Assembly: GCA_051313645.2 (NCBI GenBank)
Contig: JBNRSN020000015.1
Coordinates: 44,640,001-44,704,000 of the forward strand
Direction of reading: 5' to 3'
Source: Centroscyllium fabricii
Lineage: Eukaryota
Length of the DNA stretch: 64,000 nt
In this document: one piece after another, positions 23,951 to 37,150 of the stretch
Position numbering within the stretch: position 1 is the stretch's first letter
How the letters are laid out: each line of letters begins with the position of its first letter
Notes under the pieces: generated by a model
Databases searched by the model: none
Seen by the model: only the letters and a program-made list of their open reading frames with translations
Told to the model about the DNA's origin: nothing
Position numbers and translations under genes: made by a program

Positions 23951-26219
23951 GTAAATCTTTGGAAATTCTACACTACATTAGATCTTCATTAACCTCTTTG
24001 CAGACCTGTATGTTTGTGAACCAGAGTAATACCTGCAGCAGTGGAACGGTGGATAACTGTTTCACATTCAGTTTTGTCAGGAATTACTCTGGTCACTCGC
24101 TAGTAAGCCAGTTACTAACACTGGCTTTATGCGGCACAATATGTTTCCATTTGGTTATTCTAGCACACAAAAAATTAAGTGGAAGTATTGTCATTAGGTA
24201 ATGAACTGAACTAGTTCAGTGGATACTAAATTCAGCTCTATGCCTTTGTCACATTAAGTTTTACAGGGGCAGGAAAATATATATTGTTCTGAAACACCAA
24301 TTGACCAATGGGAAACCAATAGGCCAAAACTTTTCAAGAAAAATTGTTTCCACTAAATAGCAGCACTGGATATAGAAGATGCAAATGTGACCAGCTGGGT
24401 TAAGAGAATTACTTTACTTGTGGGATATACCACACAATTGGGCTGGCAATTTGTGTTCAGAGGGAATATGTTTGGGGATATTAATTCTTGGACTCGCTAC
24501 TGTTTTCACTGCCTCCTCCCCAACACTTTAATATGACAAATGCTTCTATTTTCATATTTGTGAACTGTAAATGTGTTTTTAAATGGTTCTTATTGGAAAT
24601 ATGATGGAAGGAACAGAGCGTAATATCTTTTTTTCTCAAGAGATTTCTTGTTGTGATGTGACCGTGTTCCCAATTGCCATCAGTGTTCTCAGAGTCCAAC
24701 ATCTCCTGCATGTTGTGTTGCAATAAAATCTTGTGTTCGTGTAATTCACTGCACAATGAGGTCTATCTGTCCTGTGCATTTGAGGGGGAAGAGAAACAAA
24801 GCACTTCATTATGACAACTGTTGAGACTTCAAACTGATCGACGGGTGACATCTTGCATGTTGTGCATCATTTCTCTTTACCCCTTCAAGGGTTGGGGGTA
24901 TGTCCTTCCCCAAAGGCTGGAAACACCTTTTGCACCACTATAAAACATGCTGACTTTGCATTTCTGTGTATCAACCCACAGGCATCAGAGCTGCTTTCCA
25001 GTTCAATGGTTTTATTTGTCTACTCCACTTCAATGTCTGCCACATTCCTAATGCTTTCAGCAGGATTAGTCTTGTCTTTCTTACGCATGTTAAAAGATAA
25101 TACTACTTTGTAAATATAATCCCTTAAAGGGGCAGAATCCAGATTGGACACCCCCTCCCCTTATTTATAAATCACATTAATCTATTATTCATGGTTTCTG
25201 CAAAAATTTGGAATATTTTTGAATGGCGAGTGCTGTTGACATTGGGAACTGGCTGGGAAGAGTTACTGGGTCCAACGGTGTGAGGAGACTAAGTTAGCAT
25301 GCAGTTCATTTATTTTAATCTATTTTATCGATGCTACCATGATCAGTGCTCCTCTGAACTTCCCTTTTGCTCCGCTAATCTGCAACGCCCCATCTTGCAC
25401 GCTCTCCCTTGCCGCGTCTTTATTGTGTCTAAATCAAGATCATTGCACGGTCTCCAATTCTAACTCGTTCTTTCCCAGTATTTCAGAAATGTGGAACTCC
25501 TCATCTCCTTCAGTCTTTCCTTCCTCGTAAAATCTACAGGTTTTTAAAACCCAAACTTGATATTTAACCACTATTTCTTGATTCCCACTTTTTTCAGCCT
25601 TGATGGTGTCCTATAACGTGGGCCTTTCTGAATGAAATGTCTTGCCCTGCGGTCACCTTTACAAAGTTGCTGAAGGCAAAGATACTGATAATATTTGTCA
25701 TTGTGTTAATTCAGCTCCCTCACACTGTCAGGCTCCGTCTCTGTCAGTTTTGGAGTACTGCACAAATTTTAGTATTTTCCCCCCAGCACCAATAACGTAT
25801 TTGCCTTTTAGACTGTGTTTGTACCCGTGTGTGATAACTGTTGTATCTTTAAAATAAAACACGTTGATCACACCAATCTATAATGAGGCCTGATGATACA
25901 CTAATGTCATAAAGACACCCTCTTTGATTTTACTTTGCAACATTCCATCTGTGATTCTGGAAATTCTGGTAAGTTGAGAAAAGCATCTACATATAGCTGG
26001 TTAAAAAACTATCAGTGAAAATTTAATTTTTTTAAATTTGCATCAGAAACCTGAGTCATTTTAACATCAGATGGGCTTAGGACAAGATTGTTGGTTGACG
26101 ATAAAACTGGCAGAAGTGTGTAATTTTTGTTGTCGAGTTTGAAGTTATCCCAACCTGTCCTGACATTGTGAGGTCTTTGTATCCTATTTCATTGAGCCAA
26201 GCAGTGGAAAGCGACCTGA

Positions 26220-26398
26220 CTGGGATCCAGTTGGATCCAGTTATCCCTTCGTGTTAAATAATCCTTTGGTCCTTATTCCCTGGGATCCAGTTGGATCCAG
26301 TTATCCCTTCGTGTTAAATAATCCTTTGGTCCTTATTCCCTGGGATCCAGTTGGATCCAGTTATCCCTTCGTGTTAAATAATCCTTTGGTCCTTATTC
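26220..26398. repeat. Perfect 60-bp tandem repeat, about 3 copies
   Basis: CTGGGATCCAGTTGGATCCAGTTATCCCTTCGTGTTAAATAATCCTTTGGTCCTTATTCC repeated. Confidence 0.97.
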
Positions 26399-26529
26399 TC
26401 CTGATAATAAGGATTATTCTGGATTGGGATGTTGCTTACTGTTTGTGTTAGTGATCTATTCTTGTTTATCACTCCTTGTATGTAATTGAAATTGAATATT
26501 GGAACTTGCCCCTCGACCTTTTCAACCTC

Positions 26530-27190
26530 TCCCTGCCTTCTCCCCCCCCCCCCCCCCCTCACCTGTCCTCCCCTCTCCCCCCGCCTGTCCTCCCCCCACC
26601 CCCCCGGCCTTTCCTCCCCGTCTTTCCTCCCCCTCCCCCCGCCTGTCCTCCTCCCCCCGCCTGTCCTCCCCCCATCTGTCCTCCCCCCCTCCCCCGCCTT
26701 TCCTCCCCTCCTCCCCTGCCTGTCCACCCCCTCCCCCCTTTTCTCCCCCCTCTTTCCTCCCCCCGCCTGTCCTCCCCTCCCCCGCCTTTCCTCCCCTCCC
26801 CCAGCCTGTCCTTCCCCCCCGCCCCGCCGCCTGTCCTCCCCCCCCTCCCCCCGCCTGTCGTCCCCCCCCCCCCCGCCTGTCCTCCCCCCCCCCCCCTCCC
26901 CCCGCCTGTCCTCCCCCCCCGCCTGTCCTCCCCCCCCGCCTGTCCTCCCCCCCTCCCCCCGCCTGTCCTCCCCCCTCCCCCCGCCTGTCCTGCCCCCGCC
27001 ATTCCTGCCCCCGCCTGTCCTCTCCCCCCCCGCCTTCACTCCCCCCGCCTTCACTCCCCCCTCCCCGCCTTCTCTCTCTTCCCCCCCCCCCCGCCTACTC
27101 TCCCCCACCCCCCCACCTACTCTCTTTCCCGACCCCCACCTTCTCTTTCTTCCCCCCCCCGCCCCTGCCTACTCTCACCCCGCCTCCTCC
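26530..27190. repeat. C-rich minisatellite, unit about CnGCCTGTCCT
   Basis: Repeated ccccgcctgtcctcccc; extreme C skew. Confidence 0.92.
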
Positions 27191-27456
27191 ATGGTTTTAT
27201 TTGGTTGATTGGGTCACTGAAAAGAGCCCAACTCGTGGCGCTATTTCCTCCCCAGATGGCTGTTTTCTGCACATACTGATAGGGTTTGTTAAATTGAAGA
27301 GTGCAGATGGAGTGAATAAAGAGCAGCAGTTTCCAGTTGTTGAATGATTGATAATCGAAGGGCACAGGAGGAAAGACCTGTTTGTGCATCAAGCGGTTTG
27401 GATTTGGAATGCACTGCCTGATAGGATGGTGGGTGCAGAGTCAATAGTCATCTTCG

Positions 27457-27656
27457 NNNNNNNNNNNNNNNNNNNNNNNNNNNNNNNNNNNNNNNNNNNN
27501 NNNNNNNNNNNNNNNNNNNNNNNNNNNNNNNNNNNNNNNNNNNNNNNNNNNNNNNNNNNNNNNNNNNNNNNNNNNNNNNNNNNNNNNNNNNNNNNNNNNN
27601 NNNNNNNNNNNNNNNNNNNNNNNNNNNNNNNNNNNNNNNNNNNNNNNNNNNNNNNN
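27457..27656. other. Assembly gap (200 N)
   Basis: Run of N; the round length suggests a placeholder size. Confidence 0.99.
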
Positions 27657-30650
27657 CCGTCCTGTCGCCCCCCCCGCCCGTCCTGTCGCCCCCCCGCCCG
27701 TCCTGTCGCCCCCCCCGCCCGTCCTGTCGCCCCCCCCCGCCCGTCCTGTCGCCCCCCCCGCCCGTCCTGTCGCCCCCCCCGCCCGTCCTGTCGCCCCGTC
27801 CCCGCCCGTCCTGTCGCCCCCCCCCGCCCGTCCTGTCGCCCCCCGCCCGTCCTGTCGCTCCCCCCGCCCGTCCTGTCGCCCCCCCGCCGTCCTGTCGCCC
27901 CCCCGCCCGTCCCTGTCGCCCCCCCGCCCGTCCTGTCGCCCCCCCGCCCGTCCTGTCGCCCCCCGCCCGTCCTGGTCGCCCCCCCGCCCCGTCCTGTCGC
28001 CCCCCCCGCCCGTCCTGTCGCCCCCCCGCCCGTCCTGTCGCCCCCCCGCCCGTCCTGTCGCCCCCCCGCCCCGCCCGTCCTGTCCCCCCCGCCCTCCGTC
28101 GCCCCCATCTCCCGCCTCCTGTCTCCCCCCGTCCTTTCCCCCCCCGCCCGTCCTGTCGCCCCCGGCCGTGCCTGTCGCCCCCGCCCGTCCGTTCGCCCCC
28201 CGCCCGTCCTGTCGCCCCCCCGCCCGTCCTGTCGCCCCCCCGCCCGTCCTGTCGCCCCCCCGCCCGTCCTGTCGCCCCCCGCCCGTCCTGTCGCCCCCCC
28301 GCCCGTCCTGTCGCCCCCCCGCCCGTCCTGTCGCCCCCCGCCCGTCCTGTCGCCCCCCCGCCCGTCCTGTCGCCCCCCGCCCGTCCTGTCGCCCCCCCGC
28401 CCGTCCTGTCGCCCCCCCGCCCGTCCTGTCGCCCCCCGCCCGTCCTGTCGCCCCCCCGCCCGTCCTGTCGCCCCCCCGCCCGTCCTGTCGCCCCCCGCCC
28501 GTCCTGTCGCCCCCCCCGCCCGTCCTGTCGCCCCCCGCCCGTCCTGTCGCCCCCCCGCCCGTCCTGTCGCCCCCCCGCCCGTCCTGTCGCCCCCCGCCCG
28601 TCCTGTCGCCCCCCCGCCCGTCCTGTCGCCCCCCCGCCCGTCCTGTCGCCCCCCCGCCCGTCCTGTCGCCCCCGCCCGTCCTGTCGCCCCCGCCCGTCCT
28701 GTCGCCCCCCCGCCCGGCCTGTCGCCCCCCCGCCCGTCCTGTCGCCCCCCCCCGTCCTGTCGCCCCCCCGCCCGTCCTGTCGCCCCCCCGCCCGTCCTGT
28801 CGCCCCCCCGCCCGTCCTGTCGCCCCCCGCCCGTCCTGTCGCTCCCCCGCCCGTCCTGTCGTCCCCCGCCCGTCCTGTCCCCCCCGCCCTTGCTATCCTC
28901 CCCCCCGCCCTTGCTATCCTTCCCCCTGCCCTTCCAGTCCTCCCCCCCCCCCCCCCCCCCCACCTCCCCCCCCCTTGCCGGTCCTGGTCCCCCCCCGCAT
29001 GTCATGTCCCCCCCCACCCGCCGGTCCTGTTGACCCCCCCCACCGCCCGTCCTGTCCCCCCACCACCCGTCCTGTCCCCCCCACCACCCGTCCTGTTTCC
29101 CACCCGCCCGTCCTGTCCCCACCCACCCGTCCTGTCCCCACCCACCCGTCCTGTCCCCACCCACCCGTCCTGTCCCCACCCACCCGTCCTGTCGTCCCCC
29201 CCGCCCGTCCTGTCGTCCCCCCGCCCGTCCTGTCGTCCCCCCGCCCGTCCTGTCGTCCCCCCCGCCCGTCCTGTCGTCCCCCCGCCCGTCCTGTCGTCCC
29301 CCCCCGCCCGTCCTGTCGTCCCCCCCCGCCCGTCCTGTCGTCCCCCCGCCCGTCCTGTCGTCCCCCCGCCCGTCCGTCGTCCCCGCCCGCCCGTCCTGTC
29401 GTCCCCCCCGCCCGTCCTGTCGTCCCCCGCCCGTCCTGTCGTCCCCCCCGCCCGTCCTGTCGTCCCCCCCGCCCGTCCTGTCGTCCCCCCGCCCGTCCTG
29501 TCGTCCCCCCCGCCCGTCCTGTCGTCCCCCCCGCCCGTCCTGTCGTCCCCCCCGCCCGTCCTGGTCGTCCCCCCGCCCGTCCTGTCGTCCCCCCCGCCCG
29601 TCCTGTCGTCCCCCCCGCCCGTCCTGTCGTCCCCCCCGCCCGTCCTGTCGTCCCCCCGCCCGTCCTGTCGTCCCCCCCGCCCGTCCTGTCGTCCCCCCGC
29701 CCGTCCTGTCGTCCCCCCGCCCGTCCTGTCGTCCCCCCGCCCGTCCTGTCGTCCCCCCCGCCCGTCCTGTCGTCCCCCCCGCCCGTCCTGTCGTCCCCCC
29801 CCGCCCGTCCTGTTTCCCCCCCGCCGTCCTGTTTCCCCCCCGCCCGTCCTGTTTCCCCCCCCGCCCGTCCTGTTTCCCCCCCCCGCCCGTCCTGTTTCCC
29901 CCCCCCGTCCTGTTTCCCCCCCGCCCGTCCTGTTTCCCCCCCGCCGTCCTGTTCCCCCGCCCGTCCTGTTTCCCCCCCCGCCCGTCCTGTTTCCCCCCCC
30001 GCCCGTCCTGTTTCCCCCCGCCCGTCCTGTTCCCCCCCGCCCGTCTGTTCCCCCCCCGCCCGTCCTGTTTCCCCCCCCCGCCCGTCCTGTTTCCCCCCCC
30101 GCCCGTCCTGTTTCCCCCCCCGCCCGTCCTGTTTCCCCCCCGCCCGTCCTGTTCCCCCCCGCCCGTCCTGTTCCCCCCCCGCCCGTCCTGTTTCCCCCCC
30201 GCCCGTCCTGTTTCCCCCCCGCCCCGTCCTGTTTCCCCCCCCCGCCCGTCCTGTTTCCCCCCCCCGCCCGTCCTGTTTCCCCCCCCCGCCCGTCCTGTTT
30301 CCCCCCCCCGCCCGTCCTGTTTCCCCCCCCCGCCCGTCCTGTTTCCCCCCCCCGCCCGTCCTGTTTCCCCCCCCGCCCGTCCTGTTTCCCCCCCGCCCGT
30401 CCTGTTTCCCCCCCCGCCCGTCCTGTTCCCCCCCCCGCCCGTTCTGTTTCCCCCCCGCCCGTCCTGTTTCCCCCCCCGCCCGTCCTGATTCCCCCCCCCC
30501 GCCCGTCCTGATTCCCCCCCCCGCCCGTCCTGTTTCCCCACCCCCCGCCCCGTCCTGTTTCCCCACCCCCCGCCCGTCCTGTTTCCCCCCCCCGCCCGTC
30601 CTGTTCCCCCCCCCCCCCGCCAGTCCTGTTCCCCCCCCCCTGCTAGTCCT
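27657..30650. repeat. C-rich, CpG-rich minisatellite of about 19-22 bp units, GCCCGTCCTGT(CG/CGT/TT)Cn
   Basis: Over 100 tandem units in three variant blocks; accounts for all Pro/Gly/Arg-rich ORFs here. Confidence 0.97.
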
Positions 30651-31409
30651 GTCCCCCTGCCTTCTCTTCCTGTCGTCTCCCCCTTCCCTTCCTGTCGTCT
30701 ACCCCCCCTGCCCTTCCTATCATCTTGTCTCCTGTCCTGAAACTACCAACTCTTGCTGGGGTACTTTTCTGTTCGCAGCCCTCCATTGCCTCATCCAATA
30801 CTTCGTGTGAGTCTAGAGAGTTAACGTCCCTAGCCCAGGACGCTGTTATCATTTGTAGTTCCATTTGCAGCCCCAGCTGAGATCAGCTAACTCAGAGGTG
30901 GATCCTGGGACTCCTCTGGCCCATATGACTTGGTGTTACAGTAATAGCTGTGCAATGACCTATCCTATCGGATTTGAAATCTTGAACCGATCAAGCCCAA
31001 CCTCATTCCAATAACTTGTTCAATTAGGGGTTGGGGTGGAGGGAGGAATTGCAATCTTGCAGTAAATAGAAGAACACCAAGTGAGACTCAAGAATGTTCT
31101 GCGCTACAAAAGCACTGAATCCATTCAGTTAAAAAGGGCTCTTGTTTAAAATCCTACCATTTTCACCCATCCTGGTGGTTATTGCTTAAAAATTGACTTT
31201 TGTTAATTTTGAGTGCTGTGAACTCCCACTGCCCTGAAGGAACTGACTCATAATGACATACAGTTCCACGAACATCGGCCGCCCTCCGGCATCTTGCCCA
31301 AGTGACCATTCTTCATGCAAGCGCCTAGACCGCAGGTTTTCAAATCTTTGTGTGGGGAAATCTCCTAGAAATATTGAAAAATCTTCAGGGATCCCTGTCC
31401 GAACTTTCC

Positions 31410-31553
31410 AAATGTAAGAAGTCACACAACACCAGGTTGTAGTCCAACAGTTTTATTTGAAATCACAAGCTTTCGGAGCGCTGCTCCTTTGTCAGGTGAA
31501 GTGAAGAGATGCACATAGGCACAGCATATATAGTTAGGTTTTTCTGACTATAT
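31410..31553 (-). mobile_element. Partial copy of the same Penelope pLTR family as 41370-41955
   Basis: aatgtaagaagtcacacaacaccaggtt...ctttcggagcgctgctcctttgtcaggtgaagtgaagagatgc matches the left arm at 41370. Confidence 0.8.
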
Positions 31554-32559
31554 AAACTGGGAAGAGAGAGGGGGAAGGTTATGGCTGTTCTCTGCCAATC
31601 AGGTCTATCCTTTATCCTCATCAGTAACCAACATCACGGTGCAAGAAATAAAAGCTCATTGGAGTTCAGCACCTTTGAATGAAAGTGAACTAACATATGA
31701 ATCTGACCTTGGTGGAGAGCAGGAACTTGACAGTTTGATAAATGGGTATCCCTATTGTCCCCTGGGTACCAAGCTAATTGCCAAATTTGGTGGAAATCAT
31801 TGGGTTTGGAATTCTATATATTTTAACTTTTCTGTTGAAATTTGCACATCCTATGCTTTCAGACACAATAATCTGCATTTAAATCAAGGCTTTGTCCAAT
31901 TTTGTTTCCTATTGATCAGCAAACTTCTATTTGGTGATTACAGAACTGTAAAATAGTGGAATTTTACCTCACAAAATTTCCTTTTTGTGATGTGTTGTCA
32001 CAGATGCAAAATGGCTGCTATTTTCTTCCTCTTCTAAAGGCCCTGACTCATGCTGGGGTACAATTCTGAAGGCGCTGGTAGTCTTTTGATGTATGAATCA
32101 ACATCTCTTGGTTGGTATATGAGTCCAGCATGTCTACCAGCCATTCAATTGTGAGGGCATCACACTTGAACCTGATCCTGTCCTAAACTGACAGCTTTGC
32201 ATGCACTTTCCAACAAGAGTTGCTAGATAGCGACATAGCGTGGAGCCTTGACCAATTGTCCTCTCACTGACCCAGAGGTATAACAACCCTATTGCTTCCC
32301 TGACTGAGATGAGCTATCTCAGCAAAGACCTAGGATCAACCCTGGAACCTTTCTGGTCTCTGGCGATTCACTGGATAAACTCATTGAGCCACTGTGGGGA
32401 ACTTGGTTGCTGCTGTTTTTAATTAGCCCACCGTATTTTTTTTTTAATTAAGAGACCTAGCTGAAGGTTCAAAGTCTATAGTGCAGATATTCAAAGTGAA
32501 ATTGTAGATGAGAGAAATCAGATCAAAGTGATTAGGTGACAAAAGTCTAGACCCCTCCT

Positions 32560-33780
32560 ATTCTTACCTGTGTACACCGACGACACCCAGTTTTACCTCT
32601 CCACCATCGCCATTGTCTCCACAATTGTTGCTGTGCTGTCTGACGTCAAATCATGGATGAGCCAGAGCTGCGTTGAGCGTAAGCACCTCTTCAGCTGCCA
32701 TCAGAAATATTGCAATCAAGTCCCCAATTCCTTCACCTTCCTCGGTGTTGGCTCAGGTTGAATCTAATAATGGCCAATCTCAGTGTCCTGTTTGGCTCTG
32801 AGCTGAGTTTCAAAACTCCACATCTGGTTCAGCACCAAGAGTGCCTATTCCCACCCACATCATAGCATTCAGCTTCTTTCCCTGTCTCATTCCTTGCCAT
32901 TGCCAAAACCCTCATCCAATGCTTTCATCATTTTCAGGCTGAATTTATCTAATGCTGGCCTCCTGAGTTTCACTCGATACTAACTTCAACCGGGCGGCAC
33001 GGTGGCATAGTGGTTAGCACTGTTGCCTTACAGCACTGGAGACCCGGGTTCAAATCCAGCCTTGGCTACTATCTGTGTGGAGTTTGCACATTCTCCTCGT
33101 GTCTGCGTGGGTTTCCTCCGGGTACTCCGGTTTCCTCCCACAGTCCAAAGATGTGCGGGTTAGGTGGATTGGCTATGACAAATTGACCCTTCGTGTTAGG
33201 GGGATTGAATGTGTGGGGTTGCGGGGATAGGGTGGGATATGTGTCGGTGCAGGCTCGATAGGGGTCGGTGGCTATGGGGAGGGGGCAGGGTGCTGAGTTT
33301 GGATGATCAGCCATGATCTCATTGAATGGCGGAGCAGGCTTGAATGGCCTACTCCTGCTCCTATCTTCTATGTTTCTAACTCATCCAGGCTCTGCTGCTC
33401 ATATTCTATCATGTATTGGGTGAATGCATCGTCTCGTTCACTTATCACCCATGTGATATCCATTGGCACCCCATCTCTAGCATTTGACTTCAAAATCCTT
33501 GTCCTAATTTACAAATCCTTCCATAGCTTTGCTCCACTCTATTTCTTCAGCCCTCCATGCTACTTACTCCCTCTTCTCTTCCAACTCTGGCCTATTATGT
33601 GATGTTTCCCCACAACTCGTGCCCCTTTTCTGCTTCCTAATCTGGCCGAGTCTTCAGCTATCATGCCTTTCCACTCTGGAATTGTCAATAAGTCCCTTTA
33701 TCTTGCTACGTCTCTACCCATCTTCAGTAGCTTCCGCAAAACCTACCTTTTCAACCATGCCTTCGATCACCTCCCATAAT
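32560..33780 (+). mobile_element. L2-clade LINE fragment interrupted by an HE1 SINE
   Basis: YTDDTQFYLS...LSDVKSWMSQ and FDFKILVLIYKSFH. Confidence 0.75.
32992..33378 (+). mobile_element. HE1-like tRNA-derived V-SINE, long CR1-tail variant, inserted in an L2 fragment
   Basis: GGGCGGCACGGTGGCATAGTGGTTAGCAC...GGGTTCAAATCC head; V-domain tgtgtggagtttgca...gcgtgggtttcctccggg; CR1-like tail ending ctatgtttcta. Confidence 0.88.
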
Positions 33781-34971
33781 TCATTTCCCAACTCCAATTT
33801 CTACTGGATACATTACCAGTGTCCAATCCAATGCAAGTGCGAATTGTTGCCAAGCTTGAGTTTTAAAATCCCGTTTGGTGCTAAGTTGTGAGGTCCTGGG
33901 AAAGAATGAGTTAAGATAGTATATAGTGCAATTAAATGTTGATTTCAGCACCAAGGATGCAGAGGGGAGAAAGATAATTAAGATTGGTGTATTTGTAGAT
34001 GATTGGTGTATCTGTAGCATGCAAGGAAGAAGAGAGCAGAATTTAGAGCAACAATAATTGTAGTGGTATCAATAAAATAATGAAGTTTGAGACAGATTAG
34101 AGGCTAGAGATGAGCAAGGGATTGCCTGTCATGTGTGAAGCTTTTTCCTGTAACCTGCCCAGGAGTACGAAAAGGTGTCTGAAGACTCTCATCAAATGTG
34201 GAAGGACGATTAAAGTCTTGGTTAGACCTGGGCCTAGTAGATATTCAATAGGTGTGAAAATACATTTACAAAGTGGCAGTCAAAATCGGACACACAGCCA
34301 ACAATTTTATGTCCTACATTTATATTGCAGGAGTGTGACTGGATGAGTTAAAAGCTTGATTTGTTTTTAAATTGACGTGCATAGGTGTGTGAAAGTTGAC
34401 CGTGAGATTTCATTCAAGTAAAATTCGCCAAATTGTATTGAGTCATACTGACTGGGATTACATATTGTTCCTTTGCTCATAAACTGACGAAGACTGGAAA
34501 GATTTGTGAAAGGAAAGGAGAGCTGTAGAAGGAAATTAAATCCGCCATGCTAGAAAGCTCTGCCACTTGGGATATGCAGCCAGGTTCGGATGATCTTTCA
34601 TGCCAATGAAGGAATGTTTCAGGCTCACTTTTATCAGTGAGGTGCTGTGGAAGTCTGCAATTCCAGTAGAACCAAAATTCTGGCAAGCCACCTTCTGATT
34701 TAAACATTTGTGTGTGTAGGGGGGGAGATTTTTGCGAAGGTGTGGGAAACTGGCAGGTTTTGGGCGGATCAGGTTTCTGTCCCGAATATTCAAGGGCCTG
34801 GGAGCCCCACGCAATTTTGGCTCAATTGGCCAATTAATTCCCCGCGTGTCTGAGCCCCTGTCAATTGACTGTTTCCAGTCAGAAAGTTGCACAGTATGAT
34901 GTCATTGTGTCTGTTGCTTTTTAGGCATACAGCAAGCCTTCCGCTGCAGGCTTCTCATTACAGCACTGAGA

Positions 34972-36913
34972 ATGGAGCAGGAGCCTGCAGCAGCTGGTGT
35001 CCGCAGTAGGGCCCGATCCCCTCCAAGGTTTGACGAAGGCTCTCTACAGGCATTGGTAGAGGGGGCTAGGGCCCACAGGGGTGTTCTCTTCCCTGCGTCC
35101 GGGAGCAAGAGACCTCCCTGTCAGACAAAGGCTGCTTGGCAGCAGATCTCTGAAGCAGTGAACTCCGTAGCCCTGACACCTCGTTCGTGGATCCAGTGCA
35201 GGAAGAGATTCCATGACCTGCATCGATCTGGAAAAGTAAGTATGAAGTTCCCATCACCCTCAATCTGATCCCTATTGCCTTTCTTCACCAGCACTTGGCT
35301 TCATCAATCTCTTCCTCCACTTCACACTCACATCCATGCACCCTTACCCATTCCCTTTCTCTCTATGCTCATAAACACTTAACTATTCCACTGAGCAGCC
35401 CTCGCGCTCCCTCTCACACTGATGCTTGGAGCACAATGACAGCACACAGAAGGACCTTGGTCTTGCAACCTCACTGCATCTTTCTGTATCCCTCCAACTA
35501 TCTATGCCTGGCACTCTCTGCACTCACTCCTTCATTCTCACTGAACCTCCACTTGTCTCCCTCATTGCAGGGAAAGAGCACTCACAATAGACTGGAGCAA
35601 GCAATGACAGGAGGAGGCCCACCCTCCATCGCACACCTGACCACCTGGGAGGAAGCAGCAGTGGAGATAGCAGGGGATGAAGTGGCAGTGCCAGTTGGGG
35701 ACGGCGAGATGGGCATCATCGCAAGCTGGTGACAATCGTTTCCCATCTCGACATCGCAATTGTGGCAGATAATGATGCTGAATCTACATCATATCGACTT
35801 ATGATCATCTGCAAGATGCAATGTGCATGTAACCTTGCCATCACATCTCTAACTCTTTCCTTTACTCCCCCACAGGATCATCGAGAGCCCCCGTCCCCAA
35901 TGTGCAGGAGGAAGAGGCTGAGGCTGAAAACTCCTCAGAGGAAGCTGCAACCTCTGAGGGCGCAGCGTCAGCAGAATTCTGCGCACCCAGCACCAGCGCA
36001 GATACTCACACCTCGGTGAGATCTTCGGGACATAGCGTAGTGTTGTCACCTGGTGAATCACAGCTCACAAGTGAGCCTCAGCAGATTGTGGAGAGAGGGA
36101 CAGCAGTGGAGAGTCCTAATCAGAGGGCGCAGGACTCTGCCAGCTCAGCTGAGCTGCAAGTCGACCCTCAGCCTCTGGGTCCATCAGCTACAGCAGAGGT
36201 GATGGAACTCCATGAGCAGATGCAGGAGTCTCTGGCAGGTTTTGTCTCCAGGGTCGCTGCATGTGTGGAACAAATGGAGGAGTCCATAGCTGACATGAGC
36301 AGAGCCTTTGTGGAATCACAGGCACATGAACGCAGCACCGTGGAAAAGATGGCAACCTCCGTGGAAAGGCTGGCTACTGCCATGGAGGCAGTAAGTCGCT
36401 GGAGTGATGAAAACATAGTGAGTGTTCAGAATCGACTGACATCTCTGGAGGAGCGATGGGCAGCTATTGAACACCGAAACCAGACCTTCATGGAAATCCT
36501 TCTGAGAAGGACTGCCATTGCAGATGCGGGTCCCCATTACCCCCCTGATGTGCAGCAAGTTGCTCTCCAGCCACTTGCAGGCGCTGAGGGGGAGATGACC
36601 CATGAGAGGGAGGTTGCTGGCACACCTCAAGGAAGTGGGGGCTCCTCTCCACGCGCTCGCACTTCCGTGCCACTGCCGAGCCCTCGGTCAGAGCCCCACG
36701 AGTCCACACCCAAGCGAGATAGGCGTCCCAACCCCTGTACAGGAGCAGCAGACTGCTGGCGAGCCTTCACAGGCTCGCCACCCCAGTGGACGCCCGCCAA
36801 AGGTGTTGAGACAGGAGCAGCAGGGAAGTGAGCAAGGGGCCTCCACATCTGCTGAAGCCACAGGGGAACCACTACGTAGGAGCACGCGTAAGAGAAAGAT
36901 ACTGCACACGTAA
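34972..36913 (+). pseudogene. Harbinger Myb/SANT-like gene, probably frameshifted (exons 34972-35235, 35571-35728, 35876-36913)
   Basis: RSPPRFDEGSLQALV...AWQQISEAVN...RSWIQCRKRFHDL. Exon 2 donor is phase 2 but exon 3 needs phase 1. A second frameshift near 36695 puts the basic tail (GRPPK...LRRSTRKRK) in another frame. Confidence 0.75.
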
Positions 36914-37150
36914 TCACAAGGGTAGTCACTTGGGTGAAGTGTTGTCATCAGTTATGTAATTTGTAGTAAAAATCTGATGGCAACTGTTGTTGTGGCGTAT
37001 GTAATTTAGCGCATAGGGATTTCGCATTGAGGGCTTATGAGTACTTGCAATTATCAGTATGCTGGAGAACTAGCTAGGAATCCACTGGGTCTTGGCCATG
37101 GCCGATGCTCAGTTAGGAATCTGCGAGTCAAAAGTGTTTAATTGAGTAGG

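Noticed and set aside
26220-26398. CRISPR-like array (also the palindromes at 16671-16850)
   Set aside because: No unique spacers, eukaryotic context and no cas genes.
26374-30810. Very long Pro-rich and Gly/Arg-rich ORFs (up to 1050 aa) on both strands
   Set aside because: Translation of a stop-free minisatellite, open in many frames and spanning an N gap; not credible genes.
32992-33065. tRNA gene
   Set aside because: A/B-box head of an HE1 SINE running directly into the V-domain.
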